Source: an uncultured Actinomycetes bacterium (GTDB taxonomy: Bacteria; Actinomycetota; UBA4738; HRBIN12). Taken from it: a stretch of DNA of 64,000 nt. The position numbers and the translations under genes are program-made. The DNA lies in the NCBI GenBank assembly GCA_963704725.1, contig OY969934.1, positions 2,432,001 to 2,496,000 of the forward strand, given 5' to 3'. Below are positions 28,324 through 37,614 of the stretch, piece after piece; positions within the stretch are counted from its first letter, which is position 1; every line of letters starts with the position of its first letter. The notes under the pieces were generated by a model, which saw only the letters and a program-made list of their open reading frames with translations, was not told the DNA's origin and searched no databases.

Positions 28324-29141
28324 CGAACCACCTCGACCCGCGCCACGGTCACGGCGTCCACTCCGCCAAGCGCCGGCCCGAGGAAGCGGTGCGCGATCCG
28401 GCGGAACTGCGCGGGGTCGCCGGTGGTGAGGAACTCGTGCGAGGGCTCGGCCTCGTCCTCGCGGAGCAGGTCGCCGCGGCGGAGCGCGGAGTACACGTCC
28501 TTGGCCGTCTCCTCGGCCGACGAAACCAGCACCACGCCCTCCCCCATGACCAGCTGGATCAGCCCCGAGAGCATCGGATAGTGCGTACACCCCAGGATCA
28601 GGGTGTCGACGCCCTCGCGTTTCAGCGGCCCAAGATACCCGCGCGCGAGCCCGAACAACGTGTCGCTCGAGGTGTCGCCCCGCTCGACGAAGTCCACGAA
28701 GGCCGGGCAGGCGGTCGAGAACAGCCGGACCTCGCTCCCCGTGGCCGCGACGGCGCGGGAGTAGGCGCCGCTCTCCACCGTGGCCTCGGTGCCGATCATC
28801 CCGATCCGGCCGTTGCGCGTGGCCCGGACCGCGGCCCGGGCGCCGGGGTCGATCACCCCCACCACAGGGACGCCGTGCGCCTCGGCGACGTCGGCGATGG
28901 CCGCGACCTCGATCGAGTTGCACGCCACGACCAGCATCTTCACGTCGCGGCGGACGAGCTCGGCCGCGATCTCGAGCGCGAAGCCCCGGATCTCGGCGAG
29001 GGGACGCGGACCGTACGGGAACCGGCCGTTGTCGCCCACGTACCGGATCGGCTCGTTGGGCAGCAGGTCGACGATCGCTCGGACGACGGTCAGGCCGCCC
29101 ACGCCGGAGTCGAAGACGCCGATCGGCCGCGGGTCGCTCAA
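28320..29141 (-). CDS. murI: Glutamate racemase
   Basis: [20 protein letters not shown]. Confidence 0.97.
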   Translation of the reverse strand: MSDPRPIGVFDSGVGGLTVVRAIVDLLPNEPIRYVGDNGRFPYGPRPLAEIRGFALEIAAELVRRDVKMLVVACNSIEVAAIADVAEAHGVPVVGVIDPGARAAVRATRNGRIGMIGTEATVESGAYSRAVAATGSEVRLFSTACPAFVDFVERGDTSSDTLFGLARGYLGPLKREGVDTLILGCTHYPMLSGLIQLVMGEGVVLVSSAEETAKDVYSALRRGDLLREDEAEPSHEFLTTGDPAQFRRIAHRFLGPALGGVDAVTVARVEVVR

Positions 29142-29145
29142 GGGA

Positions 29146-30078
29146 CTACCACCACAGGGACTCCGAGACGTGCTTCTCGGCCCGCTCGATCTCGGGCGCC
29201 CACGCCTCGACCGAGAGGTACTTCCAGCCTCCGTCGGCGAGCAGGCACACGACCTCGCCGCGATCCAGCTCGGTGGCGATCCGGCGGGCCACGTGGAGCA
29301 CCGCGCCGGAGGAGATCCCGGCGAAGATCCCCTCGCGCTCGGTGAGCTCCCGCGTCGCCCGCAGCGCGTCCGAGGAGCTCACGAGGAACTTCCGGTCGAG
29401 CTCGCGCTCGTCCAGGATCGGGGGGACGAAGCCGTCGTCCAGCGACCGCAGCCCGTACACGAGCTCGCCGAGCTCGGGCTCGGCCGCGACCACCTTGATG
29501 TTCGGATCGTGGCGGTGCAGCCGCCGCCCGACACCGGTGAGCGTCCCGCCGGTGCCGAGCCCGGCCACGAAGTGCGTGACCTCGGGAAGGTCGCGCACAA
29601 TCTCCTCCCCCGTCCCCTCCTCGTGCGCGAGCGCGTTCGCCGGGTTCCCGTACTGGAACGGCATGAAGTAGCGGTCGTCCTGCGCCAGCCGGCGGGCGAT
29701 GTCGATCGACCCGTTGGTCCCCTTGTCGCCGGGCGAGAACACGATCTCGGCGCCGAACAGCTCGAGCAGCCGGATCCGCTCCTCGCTCGCGTTGTCGGGG
29801 ATGACCACCGTGAGCCTGTAGCCCTTGCGCCGCGCCACCAGCCCGAGCGCGATCCCCGTGTTTCCCGACGTCGGCTCGAGGATCGTCTTGCCCGGCACGA
29901 GCTGGCCTGAGGCCTCGGCCTCCTCGACCATGCGCCTGGCGATGCGGTCCTTCGTCGATCCCGTCGGGTTCTGCCCCTCGAGCTTGGCCCACAGGCGAAC
30001 GCCCGGGCTCGGGCTCATGTCGGCCAGGCCGACGAGCGGCGTGTTCCCGATCGCGTCGAGGACGTCCGCGTAGCGCAT
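29146..30078 (-). CDS. cysM: PLP-dependent cysteine synthase (CysO-dependent CysM type)
   Basis: [31 protein letters not shown]; syntenic with cysO/mec. Confidence 0.92.
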   Translation of the reverse strand: MRYADVLDAIGNTPLVGLADMSPSPGVRLWAKLEGQNPTGSTKDRIARRMVEEAEASGQLVPGKTILEPTSGNTGIALGLVARRKGYRLTVVIPDNASEERIRLLELFGAEIVFSPGDKGTNGSIDIARRLAQDDRYFMPFQYGNPANALAHEEGTGEEIVRDLPEVTHFVAGLGTGGTLTGVGRRLHRHDPNIKVVAAEPELGELVYGLRSLDDGFVPPILDERELDRKFLVSSSDALRATRELTEREGIFAGISSGAVLHVARRIATELDRGEVVCLLADGGWKYLSVEAWAPEIERAEKHVSESLWW

Positions 30079-30155
30079 CAGGGGCGGCGGGAGCCAGGCA
30101 TCAGGCCGCGATTATCCCAGCCGCGCTCTCGGTTCCGCCCGAGCGCGCCGGACGC

Positions 30156-30187
30156 GGAGGGGGGCGGCCCGCCGGACCGCCCCCTCC
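30156..30187 (-). terminator. GC-rich hairpin downstream of the peptidase gene
   Basis: GGAGGGGGGCGG...CCGCCCCCTCC. Confidence 0.6.
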
Positions 30188-30214
30188 ACCGATGCCGTGG
30201 TGCCGCCGGAGCGC

Positions 30215-32401
30215 CTAGCCGCCCGGCTGCACGACCCCGTTCACGGTGAGCGTGTAGGGGGCCGTCTGGTTCACCGTCTCGGTCGGGTCGAGGTGCGTGA
30301 CGATCGCCGCGATCGTCGAGCCCGTCGTCCCGATCGCCGCCTCGAGGCCCGCCCCGGAGAGCGAGCCGTCGAAGTTGGCGTCGAGCGGGATCGAGGCGAG
30401 CCGCACCTGGTTGGTGGTCTGGTCCAGGACAACCAGGCGCACGAACCACCCGCGGACGTCGACGGGGTTGATCTGCGTGACGGACTTCCAGCCCCGCAGG
30501 CTGGCGCCGTCCGTCAGCAGATGACCGTCAACCTCGACGTTGTCGATCCAGAAGCCGTCGAACTGGACGCCGGGGTCCGTGACGTATCGGAACGAGAGCA
30601 GGACCCGCTGTCCGGAGTACCGGGAGAGGTCGCAGGCCTCGTGGACGAAGCCGTCCGAGCTGCCCTCGAACCCGGGTCCGAGCGGGGCGTCGATCGAGTC
30701 GTCACACGGCACGCTCCGGTATGACCGGCCGCCGTTCTTCGAGACCTGGACGTAGGCGTAGTCGTAGCCCTGCTCCGTGTCCCAGGCCGTATCGAACTCG
30801 AGGTCGCCGCTCCCGACGCGGACTCGGTGCACGACCGCGCGGTCCAGGTTGTCCCCCTTGCCCGAGTACAGCGCCCTGCCGTCGGCTCCCGATGGCGGGG
30901 TGCGGTCGACGGTCCACTCGACGGGGAGCTTCGCCAGCTCGCTGGCGCCGTCGAACTCGATGCTCTCGACCGCGCCCACGCCGAGGTACGCGCCGGTGTC
31001 GCCGCGCAGCCGCACGTAGTCGGAGCCGTTCGCCGGGACGCCCGGCCCGGCGTAGGCCTGGTCGTTGTCCCAGTTGATGCTGGCGTCGAGGGTGGACGTG
31101 CCGAACTCGGCGGGTGATCCACCCACGAGCGTCCAGCCGTCGTCGAGCGCCCCGTCGACCGCGACCATCGTGGCCCACGACTCGATCACGTCCATCGGCG
31201 TCGCGTCGGACCCCGCCGCCTGGAGCAGCAGCGCGAGCGAGTCGAGGCCGTTGTCCGTGTCGAGGTGCAGGTCGGTCAGGAAGCCGTTCCCGAACTGCCC
31301 CGCGAGGTACTCCATGAAGGCGTAGGCCGCGCCGTAGTCGCAGAGGATCTCCTGCTCGTAGTCGGTCTGGTCACCCCACAGCGTCAGGGAGTTCTCCGGA
31401 CCTCCCGGTCTCGGATTGAGGTTGGCGGACGTTGCGACGTTGCCCCAGCCCAGGAAGCACTGGACGTGGCTGTCGAACCCGATCTGCGTCACCGGGATCC
31501 GCGTGTTCACGTAGCCGGTCAGCGTTTGCGCGAAGTCGGACAGCCCTTCGTTCACCCAGCTCGTCTCGTCGAAGTCGACATAGTTCTCGAGCAGGTGCTG
31601 GTACTCGTGCGCGAACGTGCCCTCGTAGAGGAAGGGACGCGCCGTCGCGTTGAGACAGAGATCGGACGACGGCTGGTTCGGCGGGTTCGCGCCGGTCCGG
31701 TGGAGCCAGTCGAACGCGTCGATGTTCATGACGAGCCGGTTGAAGTAGAAGTCGTACGCCGACGAGTAGAACCCGGCGATGTACGTGAACCCGCTCGCGT
31801 TGTCCGTGTCGTAGAAGTTGCCGTCCCGGACGTTGTCGATCAGGACGACGACCCGGTCTCCCGGCCCCCGGTAGTAGTCCCTGGGGAGGTCGAGGATGCG
31901 CGCGAGGAACGCGTTGGCGCCGTTGCGAGGCGGCGCCACGCTGAACGCGGCCGACTCGATCGGATACATGTGACCGTCGAACTGATCGATCAGGTACTGG
32001 ACCTGAGCGTCGGTGATCACGTTGCGGACGCCGTCGTTGCGGCAGTCACCCGCGGGGAAGTCGAGCCCCGAGGAGACGCCGTCCGAGTCGGACGCCACCC
32101 ACACCTCGGCGTTCGTTCCGATCCCCCGGAGCGTGTAGAGCTTGGGGTAGTCCCCCTGCTGCTCGTCGTATCCGAGCCAGACCCGCTCGTCCCCGACCAC
32201 CGGTGCGACACGCGCCCCGGCCGCCGCCCGCAGCTCCCGGAGCTGGCGCGGCGTGACGGTCAGCGGGTGTGGCGCCTTCGGGTCGAGCTCGCGGACGTCG
32301 GATCCGCTCGATCGGACGTCGGTTCGTGGCGCGGCAGGCGAGATGGCCGGCACGAGAGCGATCGCCAAGGCAGCGGCGATCGCGAGCGCGGCTCTGCGCA
32401 T
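30215..32401 (-). CDS. Secreted zinc metallopeptidase (HEXXH, immune inhibitor A/M6-M30-like)
   Basis: Signal peptide; FAHEYQH...WVNEGLS; C-terminal WDTEQGYDYAYVQVS / FRYVTD domain. Confidence 0.82.
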   Translation of the reverse strand: MRRAALAIAAALAIALVPAISPAAPRTDVRSSGSDVRELDPKAPHPLTVTPRQLRELRAAAGARVAPVVGDERVWLGYDEQQGDYPKLYTLRGIGTNAEVWVASDSDGVSSGLDFPAGDCRNDGVRNVITDAQVQYLIDQFDGHMYPIESAAFSVAPPRNGANAFLARILDLPRDYYRGPGDRVVVLIDNVRDGNFYDTDNASGFTYIAGFYSSAYDFYFNRLVMNIDAFDWLHRTGANPPNQPSSDLCLNATARPFLYEGTFAHEYQHLLENYVDFDETSWVNEGLSDFAQTLTGYVNTRIPVTQIGFDSHVQCFLGWGNVATSANLNPRPGGPENSLTLWGDQTDYEQEILCDYGAAYAFMEYLAGQFGNGFLTDLHLDTDNGLDSLALLLQAAGSDATPMDVIESWATMVAVDGALDDGWTLVGGSPAEFGTSTLDASINWDNDQAYAGPGVPANGSDYVRLRGDTGAYLGVGAVESIEFDGASELAKLPVEWTVDRTPPSGADGRALYSGKGDNLDRAVVHRVRVGSGDLEFDTAWDTEQGYDYAYVQVSKNGGRSYRSVPCDDSIDAPLGPGFEGSSDGFVHEACDLSRYSGQRVLLSFRYVTDPGVQFDGFWIDNVEVDGHLLTDGASLRGWKSVTQINPVDVRGWFVRLVVLDQTTNQVRLASIPLDANFDGSLSGAGLEAAIGTTGSTIAAIVTHLDPTETVNQTAPYTLTVNGVVQPGG

Positions 32402-32566
32402 GCTGTTCCCCCTCTCAGCTGGAGCTGCTCCCGCCCCCGGGGGATTCCCGACCATCCGAGGGCGCGCGTCCGGCCGCCCCTGCGCGAGGACGCGTCGTGT
32501 TCGGCCGGAGCGTATCGCGAGCGAAGAACGGGCGCAGAGGGCCGGTCGGCCCGGGACGCGCGGTGA

Positions 32567-32842
32567 TCAGCCGCCGGCGACGGCCGGCAGGATCGAGACC
32601 GTGTCGCCCTCGCCGAGGGCGGTCTCTAGCGAGCCGAGATACCGGACGTCCTCGTCGTTGACGTAGACGTTCACGAACCGGTGGAGGCCGCCGTCGGGGG
32701 TCACGACGTTCTTCGTGATCCCAGGGAAGCGCTGCTCCAGGTCGGACAGGAGCTCACGGAGCGTGTCCCCCTGCGCGTCGACCAGGGGCTCGCCTCCGGC
32801 GTGCTTGCGCAGGATCGTGGGGAGCTTCACGCGGACGGCCAT
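32567..32842 (-). CDS. cysO: Ubiquitin-like sulfur carrier (CysO/MoaD family)
   Basis: RFVNVYVNDEDVR, C-terminal PAVAGG. Confidence 0.9.
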   Translation of the reverse strand: MAVRVKLPTILRKHAGGEPLVDAQGDTLRELLSDLEQRFPGITKNVVTPDGGLHRFVNVYVNDEDVRYLGSLETALGEGDTVSILPAVAGG

Positions 32843-32859
32843 CGCTTCGCCTTCTCCTC

Positions 32860-33717
32860 TCAGTTCGTGGACACGCCGTGCTCGGCCTCGGGGGGCGCCT
32901 GGTCGGGGGCCAGGCCGCAGAACGCGTCGTAGTCGATCAGCTCGGTGATCGTGGGCTCCTTGCCGCAGACCGGGCAGTCCGCGTCCCACCGGACCTTGAC
33001 GGTCTGGAAGTCCATCTGCAGGGCGTCGAAGATCAGCAGCCGGCCGATCAGCGGGTCGCCCTTGCCCGTGATGAGCTTGACCGCCTCGGTGGCCTGGATG
33101 CTCCCGACGATCCCGGGGAGCACCCCGAACACGCCGCCCTCGGCGCAGCTGGGCACCGTTCCGGGCGGCGGCGGCTGGGGGAACAGGCACCGGTAGCAGG
33201 GCGCCTCCTGGCCCGGCATGAACACCGTGGCCTGGCCGTCCCACTGGTAGATCGAGCCGTAGACGAGGGGCTTGCCCAGGAACTGCGTGGCGTCGTTGAC
33301 CAGGTACCGGACCGGGAAGTTGTCGGTCCCGTCGACGATCACGTCCCACGGCTCGAGGATCTCGAACGCGTTCTGCGACGTGAGGATCGTGTCGTAGGGC
33401 ACGACCTCGATCGTGGGGTTGATGGCCCGGAGCCGATCGGCCGCGCTCTGCACCTTGGGACGGCCCACGTCCGCGGTCGAGTGGATGATCTGCCGCTGCA
33501 GGTTCGACTCGTCCACCCGGTCGAAGTCGAGGATGCCCAGCGTTCCCACTCCGGCGGCGGCCAGGTACATGGCCACCGGCGAGCCGAGCCCGCCGGCGCC
33601 GATGCAGAGCACCTTCGCGTCCAGGAGCCGGCGCTGCCCCTCGCCCCCGATGCCGGGCAGGATGATGTGCCGCGCGTAGCGGCGGACCTGCTCCTCGGTG
33701 AAATGCGGGCTCCTCAC
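32860..33717 (-). CDS. moeB: MoeB/ThiF adenylyltransferase (no rhodanese domain)
   Basis: RYARH, GAGGLG, SNLQRQ, GTDNF, CYRC, CAEGG, CPVC. Confidence 0.92.
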   Translation of the reverse strand: MRSPHFTEEQVRRYARHIILPGIGGEGQRRLLDAKVLCIGAGGLGSPVAMYLAAAGVGTLGILDFDRVDESNLQRQIIHSTADVGRPKVQSAADRLRAINPTIEVVPYDTILTSQNAFEILEPWDVIVDGTDNFPVRYLVNDATQFLGKPLVYGSIYQWDGQATVFMPGQEAPCYRCLFPQPPPPGTVPSCAEGGVFGVLPGIVGSIQATEAVKLITGKGDPLIGRLLIFDALQMDFQTVKVRWDADCPVCGKEPTITELIDYDAFCGLAPDQAPPEAEHGVSTN

Positions 33718-34115
33718 GCGATCACCAGCTCCTCTTCGCTCGCTTCGTCGCCGTCCTCGATCCGGAAGGCGCGCAGGACCGGGTGCTTGCGATCGGACAG
33801 CGACATGATCAGGTACCGCGCCTCGGGGTAGAACGCCTGCTTGCGGTCCGTCTCCGAGGGGAACGCCTCGGAGTGCGTGTGCGTGTGGAAGATCGCGACG
33901 AGGTCCCACCCCTCCGCGTCGATCTCGTCGAACACCCTGAGCTGCTCCTTCGGGTCGAGGCGGTAGGTGACGGGGCTCGCGTCGCGGTTGGTCATCGGGA
34001 AGAACTTGACCGGGCGCCCCTCCTTGCCGGCCAGCAGCCCGCACGCCTCGTTGGGGAACCCGGCCAGGCCGTGCTCCACCATCTCGTCGAAGAAGCCGCG
34101 GTCGATCTCGAGCAT
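33714..34115 (-). CDS. mec: M67/JAMM metallopeptidase (CysO-cysteine peptidase)
   Basis: PNEACG, HTHTHSEAFPSETD JAMM motif. Confidence 0.92.
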   Translation of the reverse strand: MLEIDRGFFDEMVEHGLAGFPNEACGLLAGKEGRPVKFFPMTNRDASPVTYRLDPKEQLRVFDEIDAEGWDLVAIFHTHTHSEAFPSETDRKQAFYPEARYLIMSLSDRKHPVLRAFRIEDGDEASEEELVIA

Positions 34116-34126
34116 TGCAGTTGCAA
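34115..34126. promoter_or_regulatory. AT-rich palindrome TTGCA-GT-TGCAA at the mec start, candidate operator
   Basis: Inverted repeat between a minus-strand TAGAGT hexamer and the ATG. Confidence 0.4.
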
Positions 34127-34145
34127 GAACTCTATCAGCGGGGTG

Positions 34146-35195
34146 CTATTCCCCGACCCGGCCGGTGATCCGCAGCCGCCCCGGGGGGCCGGCCTCCACG
34201 GCGCCGATCTCGGCCGCGGGCACCTGCCGAGCGGCGAGCTCGGCGGCGAGCCGGTCGCCATCTTCCGCGGCGATCAGCAGGCCTCCCGAGGTCTGAGCGT
34301 CGGCCAGGACGAGCTGCTCGGGGCCCGTCAGGTCGCCCCAGTCGGTCTGCGGAGCCACGAACGCGTGGTTGCGCTTGGTCCCCCCCGGCACCACGTCCGA
34401 GCGGGCGAGGCCGAGCGCGCCGTCCAACACGGGGACGGCTCCGGCGTCGACCCGCGCCGCGACCCCGGACGCGACCAGCATCCGCTGCAGGTGTCCGAGC
34501 AGCCCGAACCCCGTCACGTCGGTCGCCGCCTCGGCCCCGGCGTCCCGCATGGCGAGCGATGCGTCCTCGTTCAGGGTGGTCATGAGGTCCACGGCGGCCG
34601 CCACCAGTCCCGGCTCGGCGACGCCGCGCTTCACGGCGGTCGAGACGATCCCCAGGCCGAGCGGCTTCGTCAGGAACAGGCGGGCCCCCACCGGGGCGGT
34701 CGAGTTCCGGACGATCCGCTCCGGCTCGGCCAGGCCGAGCGCCACCATCCCGAACTTCGGCTCGGGGTCGGTGATCGAATGCCCGCCGAGCACCGCCGCC
34801 CCCGCCTTCGTGGCGACGTCGATCCCGCCCTGGAGCACGCGGCCGAGCATCTCGAGCGGCAGGTCGTCGACCGGCCAGCTCACGACGTTGAGGGCCAGGA
34901 ACGGACGCCCTCCCATGGCGTAGACGTCGGAGAGCGCGTTCGTGGCGGCGATCCTCCCCCAGTCGTACGGGTCGTCGACGATCGGGGTGAAGAAGTCGAG
35001 CGTGGCGATGAGGGCTTCGCCCCCCGGCAGCCGCACCACGGCGGCGTCGTCCCCGGTGTCGGCAGCCACCAGGACCTCGTCCCCCAGCTCGGGCAGCGAG
35101 AGCGTCCCGAGCAGGGTGGCCAGGTCGGCCGGTCCGAGCTTGCACCCGCATCCGGCGCCGTGGCTGAAGCTCGTCAGGCGACGCTCCTGCAGCAC
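34146..35195 (-). CDS. selD: Selenide, water dikinase (Cys-type)
   Basis: SHGAGCGCKL, DDAAV, DFFTPIVDDP, TDVTGFGLLGH, DAQTSGGLL. Confidence 0.96.
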   Translation of the reverse strand: MLQERRLTSFSHGAGCGCKLGPADLATLLGTLSLPELGDEVLVAADTGDDAAVVRLPGGEALIATLDFFTPIVDDPYDWGRIAATNALSDVYAMGGRPFLALNVVSWPVDDLPLEMLGRVLQGGIDVATKAGAAVLGGHSITDPEPKFGMVALGLAEPERIVRNSTAPVGARLFLTKPLGLGIVSTAVKRGVAEPGLVAAAVDLMTTLNEDASLAMRDAGAEAATDVTGFGLLGHLQRMLVASGVAARVDAGAVPVLDGALGLARSDVVPGGTKRNHAFVAPQTDWGDLTGPEQLVLADAQTSGGLLIAAEDGDRLAAELAARQVPAAEIGAVEAGPPGRLRITGRVGE

Positions 35196-35218
35196 AAGGG
35201 TCAGGATACGGTGGGGCC
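35196..35218. promoter_or_regulatory. Overlapping divergent -10 boxes (TATCCT minus, TACGGT plus) for leaderless selD and pfkB-family transcripts
   Basis: 23-bp intergenic region; each TANNNT lies 6-7 nt before a start codon, no RBS. Confidence 0.55.
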
Positions 35219-36049
35219 ATGCGAACGGCGGTCGTTGGACACACCGAGTGGATCGAGTTCGGACACGTCGACCACGTCCCGCGGCCGGGCGACATCGTGC
35301 ACGCCACGGACGGATGGGAGGAGCCGGGCGGGGGCGGGGCGGTCTCGGCGGCGCAGCTCGCCAGGCTCGCCGGCTCGTGCACCTTCTTCACCGCCCTCGG
35401 CGACGACGACCGGGCCCTGTGGACCCAGCGCGACCTCTCCGGGCTGGGGGTCCGGGTCCGGGCCATGGTCCGCGCCGAGCCGTGCCGCCGCGCCATCGTG
35501 TTCGTGGACCCGAACGGCGAGCGGACGATCACCACGGTCGGTCGCCGGTTGGAGCCCGCGGCCAGGGACCGGCTCCCCTGGGAGGAGATGGCCGAGACCG
35601 ACGCCGTCTACTTCACCGCCGGCGACGTCGAGGCGCTCCGCGAGGCCCGCAAGGCCCGCATCCTCGTGGCCACGAGCCGGGCCATGGTCCGCCTGGCCGA
35701 GGCCGACGTGCCGCTCGACGCGGTCGTGGGCAGCGGCCGCGACCCGGCCGAGCGGTACGTGGAGGGCGCGCTCTCGAACCCTCCCCGGCTGGTCGTGCAG
35801 ACCAACAGCGTCCACGGCGGCCGTTTCGAGACCGCCGACGGCTTCTCGGGCACGTACGAGGCGGTGCCGCCGCCCGGGGACGTCGTCGACACGTACGGCG
35901 CGGGCGACTGCTTCGCCGCCGGCCTGACGTTCGCGCTCGGAGCGGGGATGGCCGCCCGGGACGCGCTCGCGCTCGCCGCCCGGTGCGGGGCGTGGAACGT
36001 CGCGGGGCGCGGCCCCTTCGACCACCAGCTCACCGCAGCCGAGCTCTGA
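35219..36049 (+). CDS. PfkB family carbohydrate kinase
   Basis: PGGGGAV, GERTI, DTYGAGDCF. Confidence 0.9.
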   Translation: MRTAVVGHTEWIEFGHVDHVPRPGDIVHATDGWEEPGGGGAVSAAQLARLAGSCTFFTALGDDDRALWTQRDLSGLGVRVRAMVRAEPCRRAIVFVDPNGERTITTVGRRLEPAARDRLPWEEMAETDAVYFTAGDVEALREARKARILVATSRAMVRLAEADVPLDAVVGSGRDPAERYVEGALSNPPRLVVQTNSVHGGRFETADGFSGTYEAVPPPGDVVDTYGAGDCFAAGLTFALGAGMAARDALALAARCGAWNVAGRGPFDHQLTAAEL

Positions 36050-36054
36050 GTCGC

Positions 36055-37551
36055 TCAGGCGGTCGTCGAGACCTCCATCCGGTGGTGCTCGCGCACGTCC
36101 GCCGACTCGGCCATCGACGTCGGGCCGAGCACCCGGTCGCCGTCGCGGAGCTCCTCGCGGATCCGCGCGAGCTCGCGCCGCGTGAAGTCGCATCGCGGGG
36201 GGACGGGCGGGATGCGGTACAGGCGGACGGCGTTGAGACCGAGGATCTTCGCCTTCAGCTCCTTCGAGAGCGCCGGATACCCGTAGCGCTCCTGGAACTG
36301 CTCGGAGATGCCGAAGGCCCGGAGCGCCTGGATCTGCGGCTGCGGCGAGCCGTAGAACAGGCAATCGGTCCCCCACAGCACGTTGTCCTCGCCCACGTGC
36401 TTCAGCAGCTTCCCCAGGACGTGCGCGGCCTGGACGGGCGTGCGCATGAGGTTCCACCACGTCGAGCCGAGCTCCGCGTACACGTTCTCGTTGGGCCCGA
36501 TGCCGGCTCGCCCCATCGAGGAGATCAGCCGGTTGACGCCCACGTCCGCCGTCGCCGCCGTGTACGGCCCCTCGAAGCCGCCCGACTCGTAGCCCGAGTG
36601 GTACACGACGAAGTTCGCGTCGCGGTGGCGGCGCGCGGCCGGCCCCACGTCGACGGGCGAGGCGAAGCGGCTTCCCCCGCTGAACCCCTTGTGCACGCAG
36701 ATCGTGTCGATCCCGAGGTCGAGGCTGCCCCGGATGAACGGCTCGCCCACCGCGGGGAGCCCGGCCTCGTGGTCGTCGAGCCACCACGCGCCGCCGCCCG
36801 GATCGAAGAAGTCCGGGAAGTGGGTGAACGTCTTCCACGCCACGATCGGGTACCGGTGGGCGCTGTCCTGCATCCCCCGGAGCACCGAGTCCAGCGAGCC
36901 GAGGTTGGGCATCACCTGCCCGTGGAGCAGGATGCGCTCGTCCCGACACAGGCCCTCCACGACGCGTCGCGTCTCGAACATGATCTCGGGGGACAGCGGC
37001 GACCCCTCCGGGTAGATCGGCAGCGCCGAGAGCACCACGACGTTCGTGTCGCTGCGGATGAAGAACGACTCGAGGAAGTGCTCGATCGAGAAGCACACGC
37101 GCGGGTCGTCCTCGCCGCAGTACTGCTGCGGGAAGCTGGCGTAGAAGCCCTGGCCGTGCAGGACCGGGTTGAGGTCGTACTCGAGCAGGTGTCCCTGGAT
37201 GTCCATGACGAGCTCGTCGCCGCCGACGGCCTCCTCGGCGGCCTCGGGCTCGGTGGCCGCCTCCGGTGGGATCTCGTACCGGCCGCCCGGCTCCGAAGTC
37301 GGGCTCGCCGACCGGAGCGCCCGGTGGGCCTCCCGCGTGCACGCGTCCAGCGACAGGAGCGTGATCGAGGCGGCGCAGAGCGTTCGCAGGAACCGCCGCC
37401 TCGGCATGGCCAGGCGGTCCGCCGTGCCCAGGCACTCCTCGCGGGCGCGCCGAACCGCCTCGCGGGCCACCGCGGCGAGCGGGAGCGGGTCGTACTCGCC
37501 GTTCGAGACCGGGCGGAGGTCGATCGGCAGCCGGAGGTCGTCGTCGCTCAC
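36055..37551 (-). CDS. Amidohydrolase-2 family protein with internal twin-arginine-like segment
   Basis: PVSNGEY leader, RRRFL, DIQGH, CVHKG, VYHSG, WGTD. Confidence 0.85.
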   Translation of the reverse strand: MSDDDLRLPIDLRPVSNGEYDPLPLAAVAREAVRRAREECLGTADRLAMPRRRFLRTLCAASITLLSLDACTREAHRALRSASPTSEPGGRYEIPPEAATEPEAAEEAVGGDELVMDIQGHLLEYDLNPVLHGQGFYASFPQQYCGEDDPRVCFSIEHFLESFFIRSDTNVVVLSALPIYPEGSPLSPEIMFETRRVVEGLCRDERILLHGQVMPNLGSLDSVLRGMQDSAHRYPIVAWKTFTHFPDFFDPGGGAWWLDDHEAGLPAVGEPFIRGSLDLGIDTICVHKGFSGGSRFASPVDVGPAARRHRDANFVVYHSGYESGGFEGPYTAATADVGVNRLISSMGRAGIGPNENVYAELGSTWWNLMRTPVQAAHVLGKLLKHVGEDNVLWGTDCLFYGSPQPQIQALRAFGISEQFQERYGYPALSKELKAKILGLNAVRLYRIPPVPPRCDFTRRELARIREELRDGDRVLGPTSMAESADVREHHRMEVSTTA

Positions 37552-37614
37552 GGGATCGGAGGGAAGGACCGGCGCCGGGCCCTCTCGGTTCCCGTCGGCG
37601 TACGCTCCGCCCGG

